Counted from the first letter of the stretch, positions 40,435 to 54,189 are shown. The stretch: 64,000 nt of DNA from Octopus sinensis (GCF_006345805.1 NW_021833942.1:7120-71119); one strand, 5' to 3'. Notes: generated from the sequence alone by a model not told the origin. Numbers and translations are program-made.

Positions 40435-40846
40435 TACTCTTACTCTTTTACTCTTTTACTTGTTTCAGCAGTCCTTTGACTGCGGCCATGGCTGGAGCAC
40501 CGCCTTTAGTCGAGCGACTCGACCCCGGGACTTATTCTTATTTTGTAAGCCCAGTACTTATGCTATCGGTCTCTTTTGCCGAACCGCTAATAACGGGACA
40601 TAAACACACCAGCATCGGTTGTCAAGCAATGCTAGGGGGACAAACACAGACACAAACAAACACACATACATATATATATACATATATACGACAGGCTTCT
40701 TTCAGTTTCCGTCTACCAAATCCACTCACAAGGCATTGGTCGGCCCGGGGCTATAGCAGAAGACACTTGCCCAAGATGCCACGCAGTGGGACTGAACCCG
40801 GAACCATGTGGTTGGTTAGCAAGCTACTTACCACACAGCCACTCCC
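40435..40846 (-). mobile_element. SINE family D
   Basis: Reverse complement of the 54789 copy. Confidence 0.93.
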
Positions 40847-40999
40847 TATATATACACACACACACACATATATGTATCTGTATGTGTATGTGTGCTTGTT
40901 GGTAAGAAGAGATGGCTGTATGTGTTCTATTCCAGACATGTCGTTTCACGTTGGTGTCGTGGGTGTTGAAGGGCATCGTACACACACGCAGAAACTCAT

Positions 41000-41862
41000 A
41001 TGTATGTATGTGTGAGTATGTATGTATGTATGTATGTATGTATGTATGTATGCATGCATGTATGTATGTATGTATGTATGCATGTATGTATGTGTGTATG
41101 TATGTATGTATGTATGTATGTATGTATGTATGTGTGTATGTATGTATGTATGTATGTGTGTATGTATGTATGAATGTATGTATGTATGTATATATGTATG
41201 TATGTATGTGTGTATGTATGTATGTATGTATGCATGTATGTATGTATGTATGTATGTATGTATGTGTGTATGTATGTATGTATGTATGTATGTATGAATG
41301 TATGTATATATGTATGTATGTATGAATGTATGTATGTATGTATGTATGTATGTATGTATGTATGTATGTATGTATGTATGTATGCATGTGTGTATGTATG
41401 TATGTATGTATGTATGTATGTATGTATGTATGTATGTATACATGCATGTATGCATGTATTTATGTATGTATGTGGTGTATGTATGTATGTATTGTGTGTG
41501 TGTATGTATGTATGTATATGTATGTATGTATGTGTTATGTATGTATGTATGTATGTATGTATGTAGTATGTATGTATGTATGTATGTGTGTATGTATGTA
41601 TGTATGGTGTATGTATGTATGTATGTATGTGTGTATGTGTGTATGTATGTGTGTATGTATGTATGTATGTTGTATGTATGTATGTATGTATGTATGTTAT
41701 GTATGTGTGATGTATGTATGTATGTGTGTATGTAGTATGTATGTATGTGGTATGTGTATGTATGTGTGTATGTATGTATGTATGTTTGTATGTATGTATG
41801 TATGTATGTATGTGTGTGTGTATGTATGTATGTATGTATGTGTGTGTGTGTGCATATGTATG
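41000..41862. repeat. (TATG)n tetranucleotide satellite, ~860 bp
   Basis: Seen directly; source of all MYVC/HTYI ORFs here. Confidence 0.98.
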
Positions 41863-42079
41863 TTGTGAGTTACATATAATTGATGTGCCCTTTTCGATAT
41901 AAATCTATGTACAATCTATCTTATATATTTTTTGTTTTGTTTTTTGATTTCCAAAAGCACGTTTGCAATATTGCGATAGACAGAAAGCATCTGAACTAAT
42001 ATATTCTATGAGTTATTGCTTCCAGAATTTCCAGTAATTGCACTTAATTACAACAACAGCAACATCAGCAATGTTTGTA

Positions 42080-42203
<124 letters not shown>

Positions 42204-42536
42204 TGGTGTAAATTATCAGATTTTATTGAATTGGCCGCTATGGCCGGTGGCCAAAGATTCTGACATAAAATCGGATAAGAATTGCTTCAATCTGGCAATG
42301 TATGACTTTGGCCTAGACACCGTAATCTAGGACAAGACAGTGGAGACTACTGTGGACATGAGGTAAAAGTGTTTAGGTATAAATATGGGGAACTAGAACG
42401 GAAATGTCTGTAATTGACCCTTTTCTTTCCAAGAGGTCGAACCGAAGGAGGTGGAGATGATATTAAAGAAAGGCTTGCAATTCAAGAAAGCATGGCTAGG
42501 GACTGGAAGCAAAGAATAAAAACCACTTACAATAAT

Positions 42537-42758
42537 CGTTTCCAATTTTTGGCACAAGGCCAGCAATTTCGGGTGGAGGGATAGGGTCGATTATATCGAC
42601 CTTAGTAATTAACTGGTACTCGTTTCATCGATCTGCAAAAGGATGAGAGGCAAATTGAACCCTGTGGGGAGGAGATTTGAACTCAGAACATAAAGACGGA
42701 CGAAATGCCGCTAAGTATTTTGCCCGCCGTGCTAACGATTCTCTTAACTCGCTGCCCT
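42537..42758 (-). mobile_element. SINE family E, older copy
   Basis: tttgaactcagaac..gacgaaatgccgctaag..gtgctaacgattc shared with other E copies. Confidence 0.8.
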
Positions 42759-43033
42759 TTAATCAATAACAGTAACAGACGTCTAAGTTTGATACAAATT
42801 TACATGACCAAATGCTTTTTTTTTATATATAATAGCAGGAGTTACAATTTTGTAAAGAGCAAAATATAACTCAGCTGGAAGTTGTTCATGAAATAATTCC
42901 AGTTCAATGATTCAACTAAAACATTTGACTCACTGAATACAAACACTCACCATATATCTACCACTCACGAAAAAGGTCAAGCCACATAGCATTAACTCCT
43001 AGTAGTTATAACTGGACAATATACATAGCATAT

Positions 43034-43690
43034 AAGGAGGCGAGCTGGCAGAAATGTTAGCACGCCGAGCGAAATGTTTAGCAGTATTTCGTCTGTCTTT
43101 ATGTTCTGAGTTGAAATTCCGCCGCGGTCGATTTTGTCTTTCAGCCTTTAGGGGTCGATAAATTAAGTATCAGTCGCGTACTGGGGTCAATGTAATCGAC
43201 TAGTTCCCTCTCCAAAAAATTTCGGGTCTTGTGCCTAGAGAAGAAAAGAATAGACACTTCGTCTTTATGTTCTGGGGTCAATGTAATCGACTGGGGTCAA
43301 TGTAATCGACTAGTTCCCTCTCCAAAAAATTTCGGGTCTTGTGCCTAGAGAAGAAAAGAATAGACACTTCGTCTTTATGTTCTGAGTTCAAATTCCGCCG
43401 AGGTCAGCTTTGTCTTTCAGCCTTTAGGGGTCGATAAATTAAGTATCAGTTCCGTACTGGGGTCAGTGTAATCGACTAGACCCTTCTCCAAAACATTTCG
43501 GGCCTTGTGCCTAGAGAAGAAAAGAATAGATACTTCGTCTGTCTTTATGTTCTGAGTTCAAATTCCGCCGAGGTCAGCTTTGCCTTTCAGCCTTTCGGGT
43601 TCGATAAATTAAGTACCAGTTGCTTACTAGAGTAAATCTAGTAGACCAGTCCCCACTACCCAAATTTAGGGCCTTGAGCTTAGAGTAACA
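43034..43690 (+). mobile_element. SINE family E head followed by an array of four body units (second one internally deleted)
   Basis: Unit ends ...gtgcctagagaagaaaagaataga at about 43254, 43364 and 43530, each restarting at cttcgtct. Confidence 0.9.
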
Positions 43691-44329
43691 CATGCTGATA
43701 CTTCAATATTTAAGGTAGTAACAACAATAACACACAAACTACGAAATCGTCATTCTTAAACGCACATACACTCTACACTCGCCGTCCGACTGTAAACAAC
43801 GATACAGAAAATCACATGGGATCTACAAAAGATAGACAGACATAACACATCTCACACTACATACGTTACACACAATAAACGGAACAAATTCAAGCATTAG
43901 AAACACGGGAGCAAATCCCATATTCATATAAAACTGGTGTCACATACCAATGGAATTCCCAATATTTGCTTCAAAAGACAATATTCTAGACACCTTAAGA
44001 ATACCGAGGTAAGCCTGGTAGCATTCCATACAACTTTTATCAAATAAGATAATAGAAAAGGCATAATCCTTCTTACTTATCCTTTATCATTCAATGTAAT
44101 AAGTATATATATATCAATAATCCCTTCCTCTCGTTCTCAATATTAAATATAATCTCCAGATGGATTCCCTGCTGATCAATATTGGATGATGATACGATAA
44201 CACTAAAAGCTGGTCTTAGTTTCTTTCCACAAACATCAATAGAGAGAAATATAATTATACCATATAAACAGGCAAGTAATATTTAGAGACATTAACAGAC
44301 ACACACATACACATACAACTCGCATATAC

Positions 44330-44419
<90 letters not shown>

Positions 44420-44420
<1 letters not shown>

Positions 44421-45030
44421 GAAAGAAGGTTTGAAAATGCAATTTTAAAGATGCTTATTCACTTGACCGGTTTCACATTTTTAGAAAAAAGATTGTCAAC
44501 AGTAAAATGTAAAAGCTTTGTAAAAACTTTGCTGTGTTAAATACTTGTTGTCACAAAAAAATTACACTACATATATACATTCTTTGATAATAAATAGAAA
44601 ATGATAAAAACAGTTTACAGAAAAAATCTTGAGAAATCATTAAAAAGTTCATAAAAAATATTAGGATCTCATGAAAAATCATGTTTGTTTGGAAGCATCT
44701 ATATATATACACAGAAAATTATATCTTCAAAAAGGTCATATTTTGGTAGTATATATATATATATACTACCAAAATATGACCTTTTTGAAGATATATATAT
44801 AGATACTTCCAAACAAACATGATTTTTAATGAAATCCTAATATTTTTTATGAACTTTTTAATAATTTCTCAATTTTTTTCTGTAAACCGTTCTAACATTT
44901 TCTTCTTATTATCAAAGAATGTATATATGTAGTGTAATTTTTTGTGCCTAATATTTTAATGAACTTTTTAATATTTTCCCAAGACATTTCCTTGCAAACT
45001 GTTTTTAAAATGTTCTTATTATTATCAAAG
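44420..45030. mobile_element. PLE-like remnant containing a long palindrome (44552-44946)
   Basis: Arms are reverse complements around a central (TA)8; hammerhead-like motif on the minus strand at 44458-44506; partial extra arm copy at 44947-45030. Confidence 0.7.
44458..44506 (-). ncRNA. Hammerhead motif, U3/A8 variant, decayed stem II
   Basis: tttactg-TTGACAA-tcttttttctaaaaatgt-GAAACCGGTC-aagtgaa; palindromic ACCGGT, GUC triplet, stem I 6 of 7 pairs. Confidence 0.5.
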
Positions 45031-45799
45031 AGAGAGAGAGAGAGAGAGAGAGAGTGTGGAATAAAGTGGCAAAGAATGAGGGAGTACGTATTTTTTTTTC
45101 AATTGTTTTATTCATTTCGTTGTGATAATGGCTGCCTGTTTAACTCTTGCAAGTGAAGCCTCCCTAGAATAAACTGCGTCTAAAACATCCTTATGGGAAA
45201 ACCTATTGACAATGGGCTCAGCCTTTTCAACCTGGTATTGATTTAGAAGCATTCGTAATCGCTGCTGCATATAAACATTCCCAACGTTAATTCCTGTTCT
45301 GGAAGCGGGGGGAAAAAAAGCACTTCGCCGTTTCAAGGTTAGAGATGTTGGAAAGATCTCGTAATTACCAACTAAAATGAATAACTATACGAAGTGAAAA
45401 TCCTATTTTATATGAGTTTAATCTTTTTCAGTGCCACTGCAGATTTTAAAACTCTCTATTATAACATTTATCACATATAATAGATATATTCTCAGTGAAA
45501 AACACATTTGAATGAAATAAGGAATGTTGAGACTTCAGCTGAATATAATCACTCATATAAACTCGCGTTGGCAAGGATTCAGATTAAAATTTCTCATCTC
45601 CAGATGAAGAGCGTTGGCAGTGAGTTAGTTACAAGAATTTGTGACACATGAAAGGCTTTACATTTTTGTTTTGCATAGAATTATATTTATATATTGTGTT
45701 CATTTTCATTTGATGCATTCATACACGCTTACATACACAAACATGCATATATATACATATGCATACATTCATACAAACTTACAAATATCCACACACATA

Positions 45800-45983
45800 T
45801 ACATACATGCATGCATACATACATACATACATACATACATACATACATACATACATACACACATACATACATACGTACGTACGTACGTACATACATACAT
45901 ACATACATACGTACGTACGTACATACATACATACGTACGTACGTACATACATACATACATGCATACATACATACATACATACA

Positions 45984-46017
<34 letters not shown>

Positions 46018-46179
46018 CGTACGTACATACATACATACATACATACATACATACATACATACATACATACATACACACATACGTACATACATACGTACGT
46101 ACATGCATACATACATGCATACATACATACATACATACATACATACATACATACATACATACATACGTACGTACATACA

Positions 46180-46208
<29 letters not shown>
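45800..46208. repeat. (CATA)n/(CGTA)n microsatellite
   Basis: Seen directly. Confidence 0.98.
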
Positions 46209-46210
<2 letters not shown>

Positions 46211-48111
46211 CATTTAAGGTACACAGGATTTAATTTCGAGTTATTATTAGTTTCATGCTGTGAAAGCACAATTGTCGGGCAAACTTATATAGTGTGCGAT
46301 ATGTTTCCAAGAAATTTTTCAGACTGAAGGTATACAACGAGAAGGAACCGAATTCAAAAGAAGAAGAAGAAGAAAGAAAATTGACAAGTGCGTCTCTTTG
46401 GCCCGTTTAAATCAGAATGAAACTGGGTGATGTAACTTAATTCAATAAGGAGATAGACAAAGTTTGTGACACTGCGTGGTTAATCCGAAGAGGGTGGTCC
46501 TTTCTAGTTCCATATAAGAACTTTGTCCATTTGATAGATAATTTAGATCTGGAATTTAGTAGATTAGCAGAGTTCTTAGATCTAAACAAAGCTTACGTCG
46601 CATTGGACCCATCAACGCATGGAATGGATATCTCCACAATGTTCTATGTGAGGATGTGAGGTATGCAGTTGGCTTTTAGGTGCCTGATAATGGTATCTAA
46701 ATTCCTAAATTTCTTCTTATCATTCACGTGCCGGAAAAAATAACTGGTGGCTAGAATATTTTTTAAAATCACTTTCGCATACTTACATATGTATACACAC
46801 ACAAACACACACACGCTCAGAGTGACCAGGCATACAGGCACTTTAACCTCGACAGTTTCTCCCTCTTTCGTCTAATCAAAGCATTCATTCATGCGGAAGG
46901 TTCTTCTGTTACTCGCAGTTTATTTGGGGTTCCGACTAATGTGTAATGAATAAACAGAAATATTGAATCTCTACTATATGTAAAATATGCAGTAATCTTC
47001 TAAATCTATTTCTTTGATTGGTATAACCACAAATAAATTGGTATTCCTGACTTAGAAATGAAAGTAACTTTTCTCCCAACTATTTGTCGTGGATAGAATT
47101 GTTTGAAGAGCGACTCAGAGTTTTTCTGGTTGTATCATATAATAGGTGTAAGTGTGCCGCGAGAAATAATATTGTCTAGCAGAGCTTCAGCATTGCCTGA
47201 AATATGAGAATTTCCACCTTCGTTAAAGATGTGCTATGTACCTTAAATTTTCGCTTTATTGAATAAAACTGACACGGACCTCTCTTAAAAGCATCATGTT
47301 TTTGTAATTATATTCAAAGAATTACATTTAGAAATATTATATAATCTCGTCAGGAATTAGTGAAATATGTTCAAAAGATATTCTGCATCAACTGGTTTAC
47401 AAATATAATATTGGTATTTATGTTGGACGAAACGTAAAACATTTCAAATGGAACCCCGAATAATTATCGTCTTTGCCTCTTTACAACTAATTCCTCATCC
47501 CCACCTCTCTTACTTTAACTCTATGATAATATAATATTTCCCAAATATTTGTATTTACTCATAAATTTTATGATTATTCTGCAAATCCTAGTAATTCGGA
47601 ATGTTCGAATGTAATTCTCCATGTTGCTGTAGAGTTTGCTAAATCAATATTTTAAAAGAGTTTAATGCTGATAGCTTTAAGAATTACAGAAGCTTTTGGT
47701 CATAAAATGCTGGTGATGATATACCAATCCATACTAGCATATTGATGTGATTAACTAGAATGGAATTATATTGAATTGTTCGTCTAAGTCCATTCCTGTA
47801 TATTAGATATTTGCTCAGACAATGCTAGTATACTATCAATATGATCTAATTCTCTTGGAGATTAACCCAGGCATGAGATTCCTATAAATATTGCAGAACG
47901 AGATAGAAATCTGTTTAATAATTCGTTGAATTGGGATTATAACAAAAGAAGAGACACAAAAATAAAGAAAATAAAAATGTATATATGTTTACACACTTAA
48001 AATCACGCAGTTACACAGTCAGTCATTGCAACAAAGTGATATATCTCACAAGAAAATGTACAGGGAAATGAACAGACCACAGTATATAACCGGTATTTAT
48101 TTTATCGACTT

Positions 48112-48283
48112 AGGCGCAGAATTGGCTGTGTGGTAAGTAGCTTGCTAACCAACCACATGGTTCCGGGTTCAGTCCCACTGCGTGACATCTTGGGCAAGTG
48201 TTTTCTGCTATAGCCTCGGGCCGACTAATGCCTTGTGAGTGGATTTGGTAAACGGAAACTGAAAGAAGCCTGTCGTATATATG

Positions 48284-48314
<31 letters not shown>

Positions 48315-48541
48315 TTGTGTGTGTGTATGTCTGTGTTTGTCCCCCTAGCATTGCTTGACAACCGATGCTGGTGTGTTTATGTCCCCGTTACTTAGGGGTT
48401 CGGCAAAAGAGACCGATAGAATAAGTAATGGAGCTTACAAAAGAATAAGTCCCGGGGTCGAGTTGCTCGATTAAAGGCGGTGCTCCAGCATGGCCGCAGT
48501 CAAATGACTGAAACAAGTAAAAGAATAAAAAGAAAAGAAAG
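48112..48541 (+). mobile_element. SINE family D, full length
   Basis: ggcgcag..tggctgtgtggtaag head, B-box-like ggttcagtccc, internal TA/TG tract, A-rich tail. Confidence 0.93.
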
Positions 48542-48673
48542 AATTATCAAAGCCGGATAGATAATGCTTGGCATATGAAGTCTGAGCTAAATACTTCGTA
48601 AATATATGCAAGGAGGAACCGTTTAGAATACATGCGCACAAACGTACATACAAACATACAAACATACAAGTAT

Positions 48674-49091
48674 GCGCAGGCGTGGTTGTGTGGTTACTAT
48701 TTTCTTCCCTACCACATGACTCAGGGCTCGGTCGCACTGCGTGGCTCCTTGAGCAAGTGTCTGTTACTATAGCCTCGGGCCGACCAAAGCCTTGTGAGTG
48801 AATTTGTTATACGGAAACAGAAAGAAGTCCGGCATATATATGTGTGTGTGTGTGTGCATGTGTGTGAGTGTGTGTGTGTTTCTGTCTGTGTTTGTCTCCC
48901 AGCACCGCTTGTCAACCGGTGTTGGTTTGCTTCTATCCACGTAACATAGTTATTCGGAAAAAAAGTACCCGATAAAATGAATACCGGGCTTAAAAATTTC
49001 CTGGGGTCGATTCAGTCGATTAAAAGTTCTTCAAGGTGATGCCCCAGCATGGCCGCAGTCTAATCATGGAAACATGCAAAAGAATAAAAGA
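48674..49091 (+). mobile_element. SINE family D, older diverged copy
   Basis: Same architecture with many substitutions. Confidence 0.85.
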
Positions 49092-49283
49092 CACACACAC
49101 ACACACACATACATATATTAAATACACACACATGCATCATAAGAATTGTACGAACATTTGAGAGTAGCTGAAACAATTAATTTCGAGAAAGTCTCAGCCG
49201 ACACAAATCTGTAAATAATAGGCGTTTTCCACTTTTACTATCCTGCTTTCAACCCAATAATTGCTTGGTACTATTTATAGCAT

Positions 49284-49580
49284 GTGGAGGCACATGGCCT
49301 AGTGGTTAGAGCAGCAGACTCGCGGTTTCGAATCCCAGACTGGGCGATGTGTGTGTTTATGAGCGAAACACCTAAGCTCCACGCGGCTCCGGCAGAAGGT
49401 AATGGCGAACTTCTGCTGACATCTTCGCCACAACTTTCTCTCATTCTTTCCTCCTGCATCTTGCAGCTCACCTGCGACAGACCGGCGTCCCGTCCAGGTG
49501 GGGAACCTATACGCCAAGGAAACCGGGAAAACGGCCCTTATGAGTCAGGCATGGCTCGAGAAGGAACAAACAACAAAACA
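49284..49580 (+). mobile_element. SINE family B with a short deletion in the tRNA head
   Basis: TSD atttatagcat at 49273-49283 and 49581-49591; acaa-rich tail. Confidence 0.92.
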
Positions 49581-49653
49581 ATTTATAGCATGATGTGTAT
49601 GCTTCGAGATATTCCACCTCTATGTGTATGTATGTATGTATGTATACATACAT

Positions 49654-50177
49654 GTGGAGGCGCAATGGCCCAGTGGTTAGGGCAGCGGACTCGCGGTCGT
49701 AGGATCGCGGTTTCGATTCCCAGACCGGGCGTTGTGAGTGTTTATTGAGCGAAAACACCTAAAGCTCCACGAGGCTCCGGCAGAGGATGGTGGTGATCCC
49801 TGCTGTACTCTTTCACCACAACTTTCTCTCACTCTTACTTCCAGTTTCTGTTGTACCTGTATTTCAAAGGGCGGCCTTGTCACTCTCTGTGTCACGCTGA
49901 ATATCCCCGAGGCTCTGGCAGGGGATGGTGGTGATCCCTGCTGTACTCTTTCACCACAACTTTCTCTCACTCTTACTTCCTGTTTCTGTTGTACCTAGAT
50001 TTCAAAGGGGCCGGTCTTGTCACTCTCTGTGTCACGCTGAATATCCCCGAGAACTACGTTAAGGGTACACGTGTCTGTGGAGTGCTCAGCCACTTACACG
50101 TTAATTTCACGAGCAGGCTGTTCCGTTGATTCGGATCAACCGGAACCCTCCTCGTCGCAACCGACGGAGTGCTTCCA
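49654..50177 (+). mobile_element. SINE family A with ~140 bp internal tandem duplication
   Basis: Segment gaggctc..ggatggtggtgatccc...aatatccccga is present twice; junction at about 49910. Confidence 0.95.
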
Positions 50178-50254
50178 TGTATACACACACATAAATATAT
50201 GTATATAAATTTATATACCCCCCCATATATATATATATGTATCTATACGCACAT

Positions 50255-50399
50255 GTGGAGGCGCAATGGCCCAGTGGTTAGAGCAGCGGACTCGCGGTCG
50301 TAGGATCGCGGTTTCGATTCCCAGACCGGGCGTTGTGAGTGTTTATTGAGCGAAAACACCTAAAGCTCCACGAGGCTCCGGCAGGGATGGTGGTGATCC
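50255..50399 (+). mobile_element. SINE family A, 3'-truncated
   Basis: Intact head, stops at tggtgatcc and runs into (AT)n. Confidence 0.9.
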
Positions 50400-50422
50400 A
50401 TATATATATATGTATCTCGAAT

Positions 50423-50459
<37 letters not shown>

Positions 50460-51081
50460 CACCACTTTCACTTATGCTCGCTTCGAATACACTCTCGTGC
50501 TTGTATCCTAACATCCAGCCGTTCTTCCTTCTCACCGCTCCATAGAATAGCTTTCTCATTCAGTTGCTCACCCTTTGCACACTTTTTTGCTTGGCATTGC
50601 ACATTTTTCTTTCTACCGCTTTGAAAGGCAGTAGAAATAAAAAAAAAGCATCCCACATTTTTCTTTACTTATGAAGGACTGTTAATTACGATCATTCTCG
50701 TCGTTAAAATTCTTCATGAGGCAGGCTGGAAGCAATAAATTGTAATGAAACACAATCTAACTCTATAGGAATAGAGCATTCGATAAATCTTTCCAAATCT
50801 GTGCTTCGTCTTTTCAGGTTTTTGTCTGGGCAGTGTTTGGAAGGCTTCCGTACGATATTAACGATGATTAGAAAAATCAATTATGGATGCTTCTAAACTG
50901 GTGTGGTTTAACCGAGAATCGATCTGTGATAGGAGATTTAGCACTCTCTCTACATAATTTCTTGCAGCCATACTGATTATTAAAATTTCCGTTCTAGTAG
51001 AAAAAAAAAAGAAAAAAGAAAAAAATGTATCGCACACAAAAGAGAGTAAATGCAGAAATATTAATTTCAGAACTCTTATCT

Positions 51082-51502
51082 CTCTTTTTACTCTTTTACT
51101 CTTTTACTTGTTTCAGTCATTTGACTGCGGCCATGCTGGAGCACCGCCTTTAATCGAGCAACTCGACCCCGGGACTTATTCTTTGTAAGCCCAGTACTTA
51201 TTCTATCGGTCTCTTTTGCCGAACCGCTAAGTGACGGGGACATAAATACACCAGCATCGGTTGTCAAGCAATGCTAGGGGGACAGACGCACAAATACACA
51301 CATATACACATACATACATACATATACATATATACGACGGGCTTCTTTCAGTTTCCGTCTACCACATACACTCACAAGGCATTGGTCGGCCCGAGGCTAT
51401 AGTAGAAGACACTTGCCTGCCCAAGGTGCCACGCAGTGGGACTGAACTCAGAACCATGTGGTTGGTAAACAAGCTACTTACCACACAGCCACTCCTGCGC
51501 CT
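51082..51502 (-). mobile_element. SINE family D, full length
   Basis: Reverse complement of the 54789 copy. Confidence 0.93.
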
Positions 51503-52797
51503 ATAAAATTACAAAGAACAAGAAATGAATATGCAGTGGATATCCATCCGCGTTCCGTTGAAAACGAAAAAGCGGAGGACCGGAAACTGTTAAAAAAATA
51601 TTGCTTAGAAACAGCTCCGGCAGACACGAAAGTGTATGTATCAAACATAGTTCAGTTAAAAAGAGAAACTAGTATTGTGTTTCAATCAATAAAAGACCTG
51701 GCTGCTAGAAACTCAAACTTCATTCGTTTGTCTAAAGTTACCTGCCACTATAAAAACAAAATGAGATAATATAAATATATTAAAACAGAGGACGTCAGTT
51801 GCTTTTTCTGATGTATTCAGAGATTTTGAATAGAAAGGCATTAATGTAAACACATACATTATTTAAACATATGATTAATATGAAAATCCCAATTGAAAAT
51901 AAAGTACAAAGCAAAAAAAACATCTTTCTTCTGGGAAATGTATTTTTTACTTATTTATCTGCATCCGTTTTGTTTACGTTGTTCAAACAATAAACGAGAC
52001 TTTGAGTAATGCAAGAAAAAGGAAAATTTATTGTCTGTAAATATTAAATAGTGTTTGTGCGGTGTAAACACTTCCTCTGTTTTCAATCATTGTGCCCCCC
52101 CCCCTCTCTCTCTCTCCCCCCAGCTCGTTCTTCTTTCTCTTTCGTTTATAATCGATATACCGATATACAAATGTAAAGAACATTTGAAAAGAAAGTGTGA
52201 CGATGCCTCCTCCAACACATACATAGTTATGACACGTTAACCTTTTATTCACAAACAGAGCGAAGTAAATCAATTTCTTTTTATATATATATATTAAATT
52301 GTCAAAAGAAGAAGAAACAAAGAGGGAAAAACGCATGAAACTTCAAACTACAAAATCTTGATTGGAAAAGAAAAATTGCTTTAGTTTAATGTAATATATG
52401 TCGGAATACAACGGAAGCAACACAACAACAGACAACTTTATTACTAAATTCGTGACTTGAATGGCTGTAGAACAGTATTTCTGTTGCGGTGTTTATATTT
52501 TCAAAGTATGTCTTGTTAGTAGGTAACCTGGTTGATTGGACGTATTAATGTAATTAAATGTTGAAAATGGTTGAAGTGAGATACGAGTAAAATTGTTTCC
52601 TCTTTAATTGGTTCAAACTATATGACTATGGCCACGCTGGAGCAACACTAGCAGCGACCATAATGTTGGAGATATTGATAGAGACAAGGAAGGCTGATGT
52701 TAGTTACACGGCGATAAGTATATAAACCATGAAGACCTTTGCAGAGTCAGAAGCACTGAATAGATGGTGCTTAGTTTCTAAGTGTATTGGAGTGAGC

Positions 52798-53188
52798 GTG
52801 GAGGCGCAATGGCCCAGTGGTTAGGGCAGCGGACTCGCGGTCATAGGATCGCGGTTTCGATTCCCAGACCGGGCGTTGTGAGTGTTTATTGAGCGAAAAC
52901 ACCTAAAGCTCCACGAGGCTCCGGCAGGGGATGGTGGTGATCCCTGCTGTACTCTTTCACCACAACTTTCTCTCACTCTTACTTCCTGTTTCTGTTGTAC
53001 CTGTATTTCAAAGGGCCGGCCTTGTCACTCTCTGTGTCACGCTGAATCTCCCCGAGAACTACGTTAAGGGTGCACGTGTCTGTGGAGTGCTCAACCACTT
53101 ACACGTTAATTTCACGAGCAGGCTGTTCCGTTGATTTTGATTCGGATCAACCGGAACCCTCATCGTCGTAACCGACGGAGTGCTTCCA
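52798..53188 (+). mobile_element. SINE family A, full length
   Basis: TSD gtattggagtgag at 52784-52796 and 53193-53205. Confidence 0.95.
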
Positions 53189-53384
53189 GTGCGTATTGGA
53201 GTGAGTGAAGTTATATACAAGTTTTTGTTGTGGAGTATAATTTTCAGCTCTTGGGAAGGCGTGGCTATTTACATATGAATATATTGCGCATATACCCGTG
53301 TATAGGCGTATAAGTGTATGAAGTTGTATGCATAACTGTTAATAACTGAATACAGATATATACATATGTATATCAGTCCTCAGT

Positions 53385-54170
53385 TTTATTTCAAGATTTC
53401 TTGCCAATACAGATTGAGCCGGGTTCTAATCGAGATTCAAGGCTCCTTCATTGGAATTTCAACATTAACAACAAGGTATTTTTGTATGTATGTATGTAGT
53501 ATGCATATGTGCAGATTTGTATGTATTCTGATGCATATAATTGCATATCTAGACATGCTCATATATATTTAAATGATAAACTTTTGGAAAGTTTTACAGA
53601 GTTTCATAGTTCCAGTGATGGATTGGATTTGTAGACTTCGAACTAACTTTCTCCTATCTGGTTTTGTGAAGCCTAATTTCTCAAGATTGGTATTTAGGCA
53701 GTGTATTATAAACCTGAACTTGTGATCTGGATAGAGTAACTGTAGATTTCTCAATAGTTCAGCATAGGTGTTCTCTTTTTCACTGATCTTCAGCTTTATG
53801 TTAACATCCGCTGAGCTGCTAATTTCCACAATTATGCACAGTTTCTATTCTCGATCCCAAATCACTATGTCAGGTCTGTTGTGCTTACATTTTATTGAGG
53901 TCTTCACTGGGACATTCTATCAGCACTCCTTTTTATTATGAGTGGCTATGGCTTCTACCATACTGTGGGTTTTTGTTTCTTTGTCCTCGGGATTATCCAT
54001 CCTACTGATTTCATTATAGAGTGTCCTAGCGCAAACATCATATCTCATCGGTAGATAATACCGTGATGATATTTTCAGAAAGCTGCTTATGATGTCGGTG
54101 ATATTTTGGGTGTTAACACCACAAAGTCTTCATCGGTTGTCACATTCTACTGCTTTTCCTGCATCTCTAT
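53385..54170 (-). mobile_element. R4/Dong-like relic, third family: zinc knuckle, RLE endonuclease and probable 3' UTR
   Basis: CDNR*RLCG...IIS....SSRYYLPMRYDV...KCKHNRPDIVIWDRE*KLCIIVEISSSADVNIKLKISEKENTY...LQIQSITGTMKLCKTF; stop at 53569. Confidence 0.85.
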
Positions 54171-54189
54171 AACTTTTGTGCATCAGGTA

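Noticed and set aside
40824-41902. Many overlapping MYVC/HTYI ORFs (also 45641-46327 and 54106-54523)
   Set aside because: A (TATG)n repeat has no stop codon in any frame; not coding evidence
43034-43690. CRISPR-like or regularly spaced array
   Set aside because: The units are tandem SINE bodies with no unique spacers, in eukaryotic context
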